Source: Chiloscyllium plagiosum
Taxonomy: Eukaryota
Assembly: GCF_004010195.1 (NCBI RefSeq)
Contig: NC_057718.1
Span: 24,297,414-24,361,413 of the forward strand
DNA length: 64,000 nt
Direction: 5' to 3'
The position numbers and the translations under genes were made by a program. Positions 48,597-61,411 of the stretch are shown piece after piece (positions within the stretch are counted from its first letter, which is position 1; every line of letters begins with the position of its first letter). The notes beneath the pieces were generated by a model. That model saw nothing but the letters and a program-made list of their open reading frames with translations, made no database searches and was not told where the DNA came from.

Positions 48597-51500
48597 NNNN
48601 NNNNNNNNNNNNNNNNNNNNNNNNNNNNNNNNNNNNNNNNNNNNNNNNNNNNNNNNNNNNNNNTCCAACAGGTTTGTCAGGCACGACCTCCCCTTACTAA
48701 ATCCATGTTGACTTGTTCTAATCCGACTCTGCTCTTCCAAGAATTTAGAAACCTCATCCTTAATGATGGATTCTAGAATTTTACTAACAACTGAGGTTAG
48801 GCTAATTGGCCTATAATTTTCCATCTTTTGTCTTGATCCTTTCTTGAACATGGGGGTTGCAACAGCGAACTTCCAATCATCCAGGACTTTCCCTGACTCC
48901 AGTGACTTTTGAAAGATCTCAACCAACGCCTTCGCTATTTCCTCAGCCACCTCCCTCTAGGATGTAGCCCATCGGGGCCAGGAGGTTTATCAATTTTAAG
49001 ACCTTTTAGCTTTTCTAGCACTTTCTCTTTTGTAATGGCAACCATACTCAACTCAGCCCCCTGACTCCCTTTAATTGTTGGGATATTACTCATGTCTTCC
49101 ACTGTGAAGACTGACGCAAAGTATTTATTAAGTTCTCCTGCTATTTCCTTATCTCCCATCACTAGCCTTCCAACATCAGTTTGAAGTGGCCCAATGTCTA
49201 CTTTTGTTTCTTATGTATTGAAAGAAACTTTTATTATCATTTCTAATATTACTGACTAGCCTACCTTCATATTTGATCCTCTGCTTCCTTATTTCTCTCT
49301 TTGTTATCCTCTATTTGTTTTTATAGCCTTCCCAACCTTCTGATTTCCCAATGCTCTTGGCCACTTTATAGGATCTCTCTTTTTCTTAAATACATTTCCT
49401 GACTGCCTTTGTCAGCCATGGCTGTCTAATCCCTCCCCGGATAATCTTTCTCTTCTTGGGGATGAACCTCTGTACAGTGTCCTCAATTTTACCCACAAAC
49501 TCCTGCCATTTTTGCTCAACTGTCTTCTCCGCTAGGCTCTGCTTCCAGTTTATTTTCGTCAGTTCCTGTCTCATGCCCTCATAATTACCTTTATTTAACT
49601 GTAACACCATTACATCGATTTTGCCTTCTCTCTTTCAAACTGCAGACTGAACTCTACCATATTATGTTCGCTGCTTCCTAAGTGTTCCCTTACTTTAAGA
49701 TTTTTTATGAAGTCTGGTTCATTACATAGCACTAGGTCCAGAATAGCCTGCTCCCTTGTGGGCTCCATGACAAGCTGTTCCAAAAAGCCATCCTGTTAGC
49801 ATTCCATGAATTCCCTTTCTTTGGATCCACTGGCAACACTATCTACCCAGTCCACCTGCACATTGAAGTCTCCCATGATCACCGTGACCTTGCCTTTCTG
49901 ACATGCCTTCTCTATTTCCAGAGAAGCCACATGTTGTGCCTCTGGTCCTGACCACTGTTAGGAGGTCTGTACATAACTCCCATTATGGTTTTTTTGCCTT
50001 TGTGGTTCCTCAATTCCACCCACACAGACTCCACATCATCCGACGCTATGTCATTCAGCACCATAGATTTAATTTTGTTCTTAACTAACAAGGCAACCCC
50101 ACCCCCTCTGCCCATCTCCCTGTCTTTTCAATAAGTTGAAAATCCTTGGATGTTTAACTGCCAGTCCTGACCCCCCCTGTAACCATGTCTCTGTGATGCC
50201 TACCACATCATAATCATTCACGATGATCTGTGCCATTAGTTCATCTGCTTTGTTACAAATGCTACGAACATTCAGGTAAAGTGCCTTAATGCTAACTTTG
50301 TTATCATTAGAGATATTGGAAGTCATAAGGTGTCCTAAGTTATCCTTCCTTTTTGCTGCATTCCCAGTCTGCCTCAAGTTTAAATCCAACTGCACATATG
50401 CTATCCTGTTGCTTATCTTTCCATTTAACTCCATACTCCCTGTCGCTTTCACTTTCCCTTCCCCCCAACTCAGAAGTTTAAAGTCCTACTGACCACCCTA
50501 TTTATCCTCTTCGCTAGAACATTTGTACCTGATCGGTTCAGGTGGAGACCGTCCCAATGGTACACATCCCCCCCCGGTTCCAAAACTGATGCCAATGCCC
50601 CATGAAGTGGAATCCCTCTTTCCCACACCAATCCCTTAGCCATGTGTTTACTTCCCTAATTTTCTTATTCCTATACCAATTGGCATGTGGCTCGGGCAGT
50701 AATCCAGAGATTATGACCCTTGAGGACCTGTACTTCAATTTCCTTCCTAGTGCTTGATAATCCCCAAACAGGTCCTCCACCCTAGCTTTGCCTATGTTGT
50801 TAGTCCCAACATGGGCCACAACAACTGGATCCTCCCCCTCCCGCTCCAATATCCTTTCATGCCGGTCGGAGATGTCCAGCACCCTGGCACCGGACAGGCA
50901 ACACACCATGCAAGACTCCCGATCCGGCTTGCAAAGGATACTATCTGTCCCCCTAATTATAGAATCCCCTATAACAACTACTTGTCTTTTTGCTCCCCCC
51001 TCTTGAATGGCCTTTTGCACCATGGTGCCATGGTCAGCTGGCTCATCCTGTCCAGAGCCCTTTTCCTCATCCGTACAGGGAGCAAGAATCTCATACCTGT
51101 TGGACAAGGTCAAAGGCTGAGGCTCCTGCACTCCTGAACTCAGGTTCCCCCTACCTGCCTCAATTACAGTCACACTCTGATGTCCCTGATCACTAACTGG
51201 ATGTGAATTACTTAATCTCCCAGGTGTGACTGCCTCCTGAAACAAAGCGTCCAGGTAACTCTTCCCCCTCCTGGATGTGCTGCAGTATTTGAAGCTCAGA
51301 TTCCAGATCATCAACTCTGATCCGGAGTTCTTCCAGCAACCAACACTTGCTGCAGATGTGGTCACTGCCATTCACAATGCGATCAGCCAGCTCCCACATT
51401 ATACAGCTACAGCATACCACCTGCCCAGCCATCTCTGTTAGTTAATTACTTTATTACTTTGTACAGGTTTGAGTTAAAATGCTTTCTGATACCTCTCTGC

Positions 51501-51939
51501 TATAGTCTTTTTTCTAAAAACCAATTAATAGATAAACAAAAAGAGTTTATCTAAACAAAGAAGTTCTGAAGCAGAAGTCTTCAATACAGTTGCTGAAATG
51601 TTGTCAGCGTCCACAGCATTTGCAGTTTCCAGTGCCTCCAACCATTCCTTGATATCACTTGGGGTGAATCAAATTTGCTCAAGACTGGAATGTCTGATGC
51701 TGGGGACCACTGGAGGAAGCCAAGTGGGATCATCTACTTAGCACTGGTGGCTAAACATTGCTCCTCTTTTGCCAAGAACTGCTTTTTACAAATTTCCAAA
51801 ATATCCAGATGTCTGTTGAACACAGGAACAGATGGCAATATGGGTGCAACACCACCTCTTCAGTTGTATTCTAGAATGGACATGATCATCTAAGGATGCT
51901 CCAGACACCATAGCAAGCCTGTCTCTCATAGCAGAATTC

Positions 51940-52135
51940 AAAATCATACAACACCAGGTTATAGTCCAACAGGTTTATTTGGAAGCACTAGCTTTCGGAG
52001 CACTGCTCCTTCATTGGGTGGGTGTGGAGTATAAGATGGTAGGACTCAGAATTTATAGCAAAAGTTTACAGTGTGATGTAACTGAAATTATATATTGAAA
52101 AAGACCTGGATTGATTGTTAAGTCTCTCATCTTTT
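51940..52135 (-). mobile_element. PLE family-B 3' end with mutated hammerhead
   Basis: The minus strand reads cac ccaatga a ggagc agt gctcc gaaa gc ta gtg, followed by the same tail as 1180-1230. Confidence 0.8.
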
Positions 52136-55100
52136 ATATCTGCCATAAATGCTGTTGGATGCGAATCTTATCAGATCGAGTGGATCAGTTGCAGAGACAG
52201 ATAGAAGCAATGAGGAATTTGCAACAGCAACAGTATGTGATGGATGGCAGTTATAGGAAGGGGGGAAAGTCTCAGATACAGTCATGTAGATAGGTTAACT
52301 CCAGGAAGGGTGAGTGAGGCCGGCACCTAGGGCAGGAGTCTTTTGTGGATATACCCATTTCAAATAGGTATGCTGTTTTGGAAAATGCAGGGGGTGATGG
52401 ATTCTCAGGGGAATGTAGCACGAACAGCCAAGTTTCTGGTATTGAGACTGGCTCTAATGCAACGAGGGGTATGTCAGCTTCCAAGTGATCAATTGTGTTA
52501 GGGGATCCTATAGTCAGAGGTACAGACAGATGTTTCTGTGGCCAGCAGAGAAAAAGCAGAATGGTGTGTTGTTTCCCTGGTGCCAGGATCAACGATGTCG
52601 CGGAGAGGGTGCAGAATGTTCTCACTGGGGAGAGGGGCCAGCAAGAGGTCATTGTCCACATTGGAACCAACGATATAGAAAGGGAAAAGGTTGAGATTCT
52701 GAAGGGAGATTAGAGAGAGGCAGAAATTTTAAAAAGGAAGTCCTCAATGGTAGTAATATCTGGATTACTCCCAGTGCTACGAGCTCGTGAGGGCAGGAAT
52801 AGGAGGATAGAGAAGATGAATGCATGGCTGAGGAGCTGGTGTATGGGAGAAGGATTCACATTTTGGATCATTGGAACCTCTTTTGGGATAGAAGTGACCT
52901 GTACAAGAAGGACAGATTGCACNNNNNNNNNNNNNNNNNNNNNNNNNNNNNNNNNNNNNNNNNNNNNNNNNNNNNNNNNNNNNNNNNNNNNNNNNNNNNN
53001 NNNTACAAATGCTACAGGAAGGATAGAAAGGGAGGTAAGAGAGGAGGGGGAGTGGCATTTTTGATAAGGGATAGCATTACAGCTGTGCTGAGGGAAGATA
53101 TTCCTGGAAATACATCCAGGGAAGTTATTTGGGTGGGACTGAGAAATAAGAAAGGGATGATCACCTTATTGGGATTGTATTATAGACCCCTCCAATTGTC
53201 AGAGGGAATTTGAGAAACAAACTTGCACGGAGATCTCAGCTATCTGTAAGAATAATAGGGTAGTTATGGTAGGGGATTTTAACTTTCCAAACATAGACTG
53301 GGACTGCCATAGTGTTAAAGGTTTAGATGGAGAGGAATTTCTTAAGTCTGTACAAGACAATTTTCTGATTCAGTATGTGGATGTACCTACGAGAGAAGTT
53401 GCAAAAATAGACCTATTCTTGGGAAGTAAGGCTGGGCATGTGACTGAGGTATCAGTGGGAGAGCACTTCGGGGCCAGCGACCATATTCTATTCATTTTAA
53501 AATAGTGATGGAAAAGGATAGACCAGATCTAAAAGTTGAAGTTCTAAATTAGAGAAAGGCCAATTTTGACGGTATTAAGCAAGAACTTTCAAAAGCTGAT
53601 TGGAGGCAGATGTTCGCAGGTAAAGGGACGGCTGGAAAATGGGAAGCCTTCAGAAATGAGATAACAAGAATCCAGAGAAAGTATATTCCTCTCAGGGTGA
53701 AAGGGTAGGCTGGTAGGTACAGGGAATGCTGATGACTAAAAAAATTGAGGGTTTGGTTAAGAAAAAGAAGGAAGCATATGTCAGGTATAGACAGGATAGA
53801 TCGAGTGAATCCTTAGAAGAGTATAAAGAAAGTAGGAGTATATTTAAGAGGGAAATCAGGAGGGCAAAATGGGGACATGAGATAGCTTTGGCAAATACAA
53901 TTAAGGAGAATCCAAAGGGTTTTTACAAATATATTTAAGGACAAAAGGGTAACAGAGAGAGAATAGGACCCCTCAAAGATCAGCAAGGTGGCCTTTGTGT
54001 GGAGCCACAGAAAATGGGAGAGATACTAAATGAATATTTTGCATCAGTATTTACTGTGGAAAAGGATATGGAAGATATAGACTGTAGGGAAATAGATGGT
54101 GACATCTTGCAAAATGTCCAGATTACAGAGGAGGAANNNNNNNNNNNNNNNNNNNNNNNNNNNNNNNNNNNNNNNNNNNNNNNNNNNNNNNNNNNNNNNN
54201 NNNNNNNNNNNNNNNNNNNNNNNNNNNNNNNNNNNNNNNNNNNNNNNNNNNNNNNNNNNNNNNNNNNNNNNNNNNNNNNNNNNNNNNNNNNNNNNNNNNN
54301 NNNNNNNNNNNNNNNNNNNNNNNNNNNNNNNNNNNNNNNNNNNNNNNNNNNNNNNNNNNNNNNNNNNNNNNNNNNNNNNNNNNNNNNNNNNNNNNNNNNN
54401 NNNNNNNNNNNNNNNNNNNNNNNNNNNNNNNNNNNNNNNNNNNNNNNNNNNNNNNNNNNNNNNNNNNNNNNNNNNNNNNNNNNNNNNNNNNNNNNNNNNN
54501 NNNNNNNNNNNNNNNNNNNNNNNNNNNNNNNNNNNNNNNNNNNNNNNNNNNNNNNNNNNNNNNNNNNNNNNNNNNNNNNNNNNNNNNNNNNNNNNNNNNN
54601 NNNNNNNNNNNNNNNNNNNNNNNNNNNNNNNNNNNNNNNNNNNNNNNNNNNNNNNNNNNNNNNNNNNNNNNNNNNNNNNNNNNNNNNNNNNNNNNNNNNN
54701 NNNNNNNNNNNNNNNNNNNNNNNNNNNNNNNNNNNNNNNNNNNNNNNNNNNNNNNNNNNNNNNNNNNNNNNNNNNNNNNNNNNNNNNNNNNNNNNNNNNN
54801 NNNNNNNNNNNNNNNNNNNNNNNNNNNNNNNNNNNNNNNNNNNNNNNNNNNNNNNNNNNNNNNNNNNNNNNNNNNNNNNNNNNNNNNNNNNNNNNNNNNN
54901 NNNNNNNNNNNNNNNNNNNNNNNNNNNNNNNNNNNNNNNNNNNNNNNNNNNNNNNNNNNNNNNNNNNNNNNNNNNNNNNNNNNNNNNNNNNNNNNNNNNN
55001 NNNNNNNNNNNNNNNNNNNNNNNNNTTTCCCTGGAGCGTCGGAGGCTGAGGGGTGACCTTATAGAGGTTTACAAAATTATGAGGGGCATGGAAAGGGTAA

Positions 55101-55430
55101 ATAGACAAAGTCTTTTCCCTGGGGTGGGGGAGTCCAGAACTAGAGGGTATAGGTTTAAGGTGAGAGGGGAAAGATATAAAAGAGACCTAAGGGGCAACGT
55201 TTTCATGCAGAGGGTAGTACATGTATGGAATGAGCCGCCAGAGGATGTGGTTGAGGCTGGTCCAATTGCAAATTTAAGAGGCATTTGGATGGGTATATGA
55301 ATTGGAAGGGTTTGGTGGGATATGGGGCCGGGTGCTGGCAGATGGGACTAGATTGGGTTGGGATATCTGGCCGGCATGAACGGGTTGGACCGAAGGGTCT
55401 GTTTCCGTGCTGTACAGCTCTATGACTCTA
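52136..55430 (+). mobile_element. Near full-length CR1/HER1 LINE with esterase ORF1, spanning two gaps
   Basis: LGDPIVRGTD...CCFPGARI...HIGTND, GDFNFPNIDW, LNEYFASVFT and SLERRRLRGDLIEVYK motifs. Tail ctctatgactctat. Confidence 0.93.
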
Positions 55431-58400
55431 TAATTCAGTATTGAACCTGTAGTGCATAAACTCAGCAAAACTGTTGACAAGCTTTCTGTAGCAAAACTCT
55501 ACATGTTAATGCTATCCTGCCTGTGGTCATCAAGCATAAGAAGCAGATACTCCTCTGTGTGAGTTTTTCTATCTCTGCAGGAGGGCAAGGGGACTCCTGC
55601 AGGATATGTGTAATGCAAAGATTTGTGACCCTGCTCAAGAACCAAGTTGACAGCAGCATTTGCACATTCTGACTACCCTCTGAGTAAAGTTGTTTCTCCT
55701 GAGGTTTGCAATTAGGCTGCCATATGTTCATTGGCATGGTTATAGTGTCCTCCATGAATTGGGCAGTAGTTTACAGATTAATTCCAATGTGCTCGCCAGG
55801 TGTTTTGTGAGAGTGGGTGAATGGCATTGTACCCCACATGGCGGTGTGCATATTAACCCCTGGAATTTTGCACATGATCTCGCAACTACTCAGATATGAA
55901 GAGTGAGGTGAAACTGGATGCCTCCACAAGAAGGGAAAACAATCACTTGTTAGTCATTGTTTATCTTGTTTGCATTGACAAAGATTTAGGAAAAAAAAGC
56001 TTAAAATGCTATTTAAAGTCAGGAACCATTGGAACAAGATTTCTAGCAGAGAAATAAATTGTAGCTGTAAATATTTGACTGATTTGCCATCTACCAAACC
56101 AGCAGAAGACAGAACACTTAACGCATTACTTTATTCATTTTTTTTCAATAAAGTTAAAAATATTTCACTGGCTGTAAAGCATTTTGAGATGTCTCGTGGT
56201 TTTGAAAAGTGCAATGTACATCCGTCATTTATTTTTGGAGTGAATAATTTCACAAGCTATTTCATATGCAGTGGACATTTCAATTGTTTACAAATCATTA
56301 AAGGATTGCAATTTTTAACAAGTGTTACATAGCCTTGTAAATAAAGTAGCAATTTGTATATGGTCTGCAATTCAAGAAAGCTAATTTGCAGGTTACATTC
56401 TGATGAAGAGATAACTTATTCATGATTACTTCAGTCAAAGGTTAACTATCTTTAAAAATATTAGTTCTTGGAAACTAAATATTTTCCGTGTGAGATGTCC
56501 CCACAGAGAGCAGAAATTCCTAAGATTCCTAGGATGAAGGGGTTAAAATCAAAATTCATGATTTGCAATTGTGAAAAAGAAAACCGTTGTTTCAGGATTT
56601 ACGGACTGTTTTTACCATTACTGAGTCACTCTTACCATCACTGATGCCAGCAGTAAACTTTTCAAAGGCTGTTTATAATGCCAGTCCAGTTTATTGTACC
56701 TCAAGCACACAAGTTGTGGACGGTATTTGCATTTAGTACAGACTTGCAATTGAGCGAATTAGATGTTCATTGGAATCTACCTTCCTGAAAGGAAATTCCT
56801 TTTCTTTTATTAAAGTTAAGTCTCATATGTCGGATTGATGCTTGTCACATCCAAGTTCTATAATGCCAATGTGGACAGTTAAAGTGAGGATTAGTTACCT
56901 CTTAGCAAACATCTACAAAGAAATAGTTGAGGGGGAGAAAGGTCAGGCGGACACAAGGAGAAGTAACAGATTAGATGAACCAAGATTAATGTGATTAATG
57001 TTCATTACCAGTTTAACACGGAAAAGGTTTACTTTTCTAACGTTTTGAAGTTAAATCCAGGATTGCTTTTTATTAATCTGTGGGTAGTGAATTTTGACAC
57101 AAAAGCCAGCCAGTGAAAAGGTGGAATATTTACATCAAAATAGACACTTTATCCAAGATACTTATGAATAGGTGTTTTATGATCTGATGAAAGCACACAG
57201 GTCTGTGTTTATTTAACGTAAGCAGTCAGACAGGGAAGGCTCCAGCCGAACATTACCAGAGATGTGACATGGAATGTTTTCAGTCATCCGCAAACAAATT
57301 GCATCATTGAGTTTACAATATTGATAAAATGTAATAAAAATGAGCTTGAGCAATTTAGCCTGTGTCAGGTGAAAGTTAAATGTTGAATTTACATGAAGCT
57401 ACATAGCAGTGTTTACAATTGCACAGACCAGATGTCTTGATTAAGCCATTACAATAACCAGGTCTGACAAGAAAATGGATTCAGTGCACTTACCTTTCTG
57501 TTTATCATGAAATGTTCACTAAACAGTGAAAGGCATAGATAAGCATTCAGCGCTCCTCTGACTGTAGAAATCCTACACAGAAGAACTGTTTTTTGTTAAA
57601 TGGATTTGACATTTTTAGAAGCATTATCACTTATGTTTTTGTATTGTGAAATTATTAATAAAGTGCCCCATGGAAAATGTCAGTTTATTTGAGGGAACAG
57701 TGTGTATTTTATTGGAGTGAGGTGTCATTGTCGACATGAAATTTGGATATATAAAAATGCTTGATATTTATTAAAACTGTATTCCTGGCATTAGCAAGTG
57801 AAAATAGGGTGACCGTACGCAATGACTTCATTTTAACTTTGCAGAGTTGGTATTATAGTAATAGGGAAGTATTGGTCTCAAAATGGATTCATTGAGAAGT
57901 GAACTGTTCAATGGGCAAAGTCTGTAAATGAGTGCCCTATGATACGTGATGATTGGTATTTTGTGATTCCAGTGCAACTCAGGGAAGTTTTAAATTATTT
58001 GTGTGGGACTGCAGATGCAGAAGGGTTCTCTGGGCTTTATGAAGTTCTGCCATCCTGATTACAATACAGATTTGCCTCCCTGATCTTGGTAGTTCTAGGC
58101 TTCCTGACATTGAGCCAGCCTTAGTCTAATGAGCTGTCTTGGGAGACCTGTTTCGACCCCTTAGCTCACCAGTTACATTGAAATAAGGATGAGATCAAGG
58201 ACAGACTCTTCGCCCCCCCTCCTCTCTCCCTCCCTCCCTTCCCCCCAACCCCTCCAAACTGATCTTGGAATGGGAAGGCTACTTTGCACATAAACTGATT
58301 TCAAGTTCAAATGACCACAAAGTATGTCTTTGGGGATTTGGAACACTTGGAAATCTTTTGAAAGTGTATTGCGAAATACAATATGTCAGTTTAGGATAGG

Positions 58401-60299
58401 GTAGAGAGATATATGGATTTGTTTTATTTCTGTGCCCTAATGTCAACAAGCAAGAGTATTTAAAGTTTTTTTTCCTCTTTTGAAACATGTGATGTATTTC
58501 TCACAAACACTGTTTGAAATCTAAATGTTAAACTCTTTTTTTGTGTGTTAAATTAGAAGTACAGTTTATTTATGTACTCAAAACTGGGTATGATTTTCAC
58601 ACCATGTCATATAAGCACATGAGAAAGATAAAAAGAGAAAGTAGAGTTTGCATTTAAAAGCAACTAGGAAGCACTAAGATGTGGGTATTCTTTGACATGA
58701 CTGTTAGAACCAGCAAATTGGTAGCCAGTGAAGGTTTTTTTTTCCTCATAAGAGCTGTGATTCTAATGGGTCAAAGAGAGAGTTATTGAATGCCAATAAA
58801 AGTTGACAAAGGTGCACCAATATGAAGTTGGCATATACAGATTTTATCCGTGTTTCAGTCAAATATTGGGTTTCTTTTGGAAATAGGTTTTGAGAAAGTT
58901 TATTTAACAGACTTAACTATTAGCATGGCTTTTGGCTGTTTTGTTAATGGACCTGAGGACTCCACTCATTTGGATGGTAAAAACAGACTTGAGGTAAAAG
59001 GATCCAGAAATTACAATTGTCAAAACATATTGTTCTTAATGAGAGTTTGATGGTGGTCCATTAACACCTTTTCAGGTATAATGAGTTTCAGTAGCTCTTT
59101 TGTTTCTCTGCTGTGGAGAAACATTATCTACTGTTCTTTTTGAGTTTGTTGACTGAAAGCTTCAGACAGTGCAAAGGTGTGACATTCAATGAGGCTGGTG
59201 TCTAAACTCTATCCTGGTAATTATTGAATAGAATTTGCCAGAAAATTTTAATCAACTTGTATTATGCGATTAGCGGTCATATTTCAGTCAAAACTTCGTA
59301 AAATTAAACAAGGAACTGTCGCTTTTAAAATGAGTAATGATCTCTTGCAGGTCTTGCAAACCTGATAGACAAAATAATTAGCTTTGCATTTAGAGACCTC
59401 TGCACCTTCAACTGTGTCTCAATGTGTTTGTGTTTGCATTCCAGGTATTTTAAAAGATTGAGAAGATTTTGTTATGCTACCCCTGGTTCTTGTTTGTCAC
59501 TTGTTGAAATTGTCTATGGTAAAGATCAGAAACCACATCACATTACCCAAGACACTTTGTGGTGCAGCTTTTAGCAGCAGCACAGTTAGCAAATGATTGC
59601 AAATGATTAATCTGTAATCACTGAGCAGTCTTTATTAAATGGTTGAATAAAAAGTTGATTGCTCAATTAGTATCTGCTTTGTTCAATGTATCAGACTGGA
59701 TTATCAGGTTGTGCATGGGATAGTGGTAATTTTAAGGGAGATGCGGCTCTTCACTGTTAATATTAGTGGTGCTTTATGGTCCCAACTTGAAAGCCTTCAT
59801 TTTTCCTTTCTCTGGATAACCTTAGATGGCAGCACTCTCCTCCAACAGATTTCATTGTCCATCTCATCAAGGCCACCTTCTCTATCAGATTCACTCTCAG
59901 AAATCCAATCATCGGTAGAACTTTTCCCGAGTAGTTTCTTTTCCGGTCCTAGTGTCTTTCCCTCTTCAATTCATCCAAGGATCTATCCTTAGCTGTTGTC
60001 AATTCCTCTGGTTGATGTATGAAGCCAGCTTCTACCAGGTTTATCATATCTGACAACTTGTGCAAAGTCCAGTTTTAGAGTCATCATTTGCTCAGTTAAA
60101 TGTTCACAGTGTAAAAATGCATCAGCCCTTTCTACCAAGGAAGTACACTACCCAGGTCTTGTCTAACACTCATCGTAACTTCAACTTTCTATTGAAACTC
60201 CAGATGTGCTCCTGAAGATAAAGGGTCTGATTCTTCTCCTAATTTGTTTTGTAGTGCCACATTTTTATAATATAATTTTGCCTCCATCTACATAACCAT

Positions 60300-60520
60300 T
60301 CATCTGCTTGGATTCTCGTCAAGGACTTTGTCAATTCAAAAATTAGCCATGCTGCTGGCTGACCTACCTACCTCTATCTCCATCAACTTCAGCTAATTCA
60401 AAGTTCTGCTGTCTGTGTTGCATGCCATTTAAATCCCACTATGCTCTTTCTCCCTATCATTAGCTTTGCAGTTTTCCTTGCCTCAAAACTAATATTCTCA
60501 GCTTTATGTTTAAGGTTTAC
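60300..60520 (+). mobile_element. Ancient L2-like RT C-terminal remnant
   Basis: LLADLP...QLQLIQSSAV resembles the L2 motif LLAGLP...LQLIQNAAA. Confidence 0.45.
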
Positions 60521-61200
60521 CTGGCCTTGACCCTCCTGTCTATCTCCACCAGAACTACCTGTGCCTCCAATCTCAACATTTCCTTGTTCTTTTGATGTTG
60601 GCTTCTTGTACTGTTTGCTTCAACCGCTCCTTTCTCAGCGTCGATGGCTGCACCCCTCAACTTTCACCAACATGCACCTTCTAGAATTTTACATCAACTT
60701 TGATCTCAGTCAATTTCATCTCCCCCGATGTAACTTTCCACCCCTCTCTCCCCACCCGTTCTCCCACTCCCTCTCGCTCACTCTTCTTTCTGTGATGCAA
60801 CTTCTGTGATGAAGCTTGAAAGATGTAAAGCTGCATAAGCCATGGAACTTGTTTGAATTCAGCAGCAGCATCGCTGGGAAATTCTGCTAAATGTGAAGTT
60901 TCCTTATTAATGGTAAGTCCTAAATCCACCGGTGATACAGCAATATTGGCAAACAAAAATAAATTGCCCAAAGCAATGGGGCAACCAGACTGTTGATGGT
61001 AAAAATCGATGATATGAAAACCAGTGGATATTGCTGAAGAGTCAATAGAAACAATCTCTCTGCTTTTTACTCATGCTTGAGGCAAGTGGGTGCTACAGGA
61101 CTGACAAAACAAAAGAGACTACAGAAATGCTGATCAGAAATAATTCATTAGTTAAGGGGAAATCCAGTGATCCTAAAAGACAGGCGAGGGGTTGCAGGTC

Positions 61201-61411
61201 CAGGTCATTCTATAACCGGACAGTTGTGTTCCTCTGCAACCTCGTGGTATAGAAAATTGCATTATGGGAAACCGCGAGAGAAATCGCACCATACTAGATC
61301 ATACTATGGCAAACCCCATATACCCACTTAGCAGAATGTTCGTATGTAAGCAACCGCCACAATTCATCGATCTTGTTATAGCCGATTCGCATGTAGGAGA
61401 AGAACTACCTG
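61201..61411. mobile_element. Short Tigger-like MITE
   Basis: Imperfect TIRs CAGGTCATTCT and AGAACTACCTG, followed by TA. A related terminus gttatagcagaatgacctgta occurs at ~44972-44992. Confidence 0.55.

Larger units (their letters stand above)
47669..51560 (-). mobile_element. CR1 LINE with both ends: ORF1 (zinc finger, coiled coil, SGNH esterase) and ORF2 (APE, partial RT)
   Basis: CCSC..W...ICSKC, VVVIGDSIIRG, HVGTNN, LYLNVRSI...GITETWL and NYRPISLTS motifs. The 3' tail is at 47669. TSD aagtt at 47664-47668 and 51561-51565. Foreign sequence and a gap occupy 47835-48663. Confidence 0.88.
45585..51900 (-). mobile_element. Older LINE (CR1/L2 clade) in three pieces (45585-46910, 47544-47668, 51561-51900) split by a solo LTR and a CR1
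   Basis: The sequence reads through when the inserts are removed (ctgatggggc|ctggttggatttg and ggcaagtt|ctgaagcagaagtc). Decayed RT motifs lie on the minus strand, and the tail is shared with the SINE at 39012. Confidence 0.7.

Noticed and set aside
53999..55300. Longest ORFs (433, 354 and 317 aa), plus those at 28306-28911 and 5694-6050
   Set aside because: They are mostly X from N gaps joining CR1 fragments.
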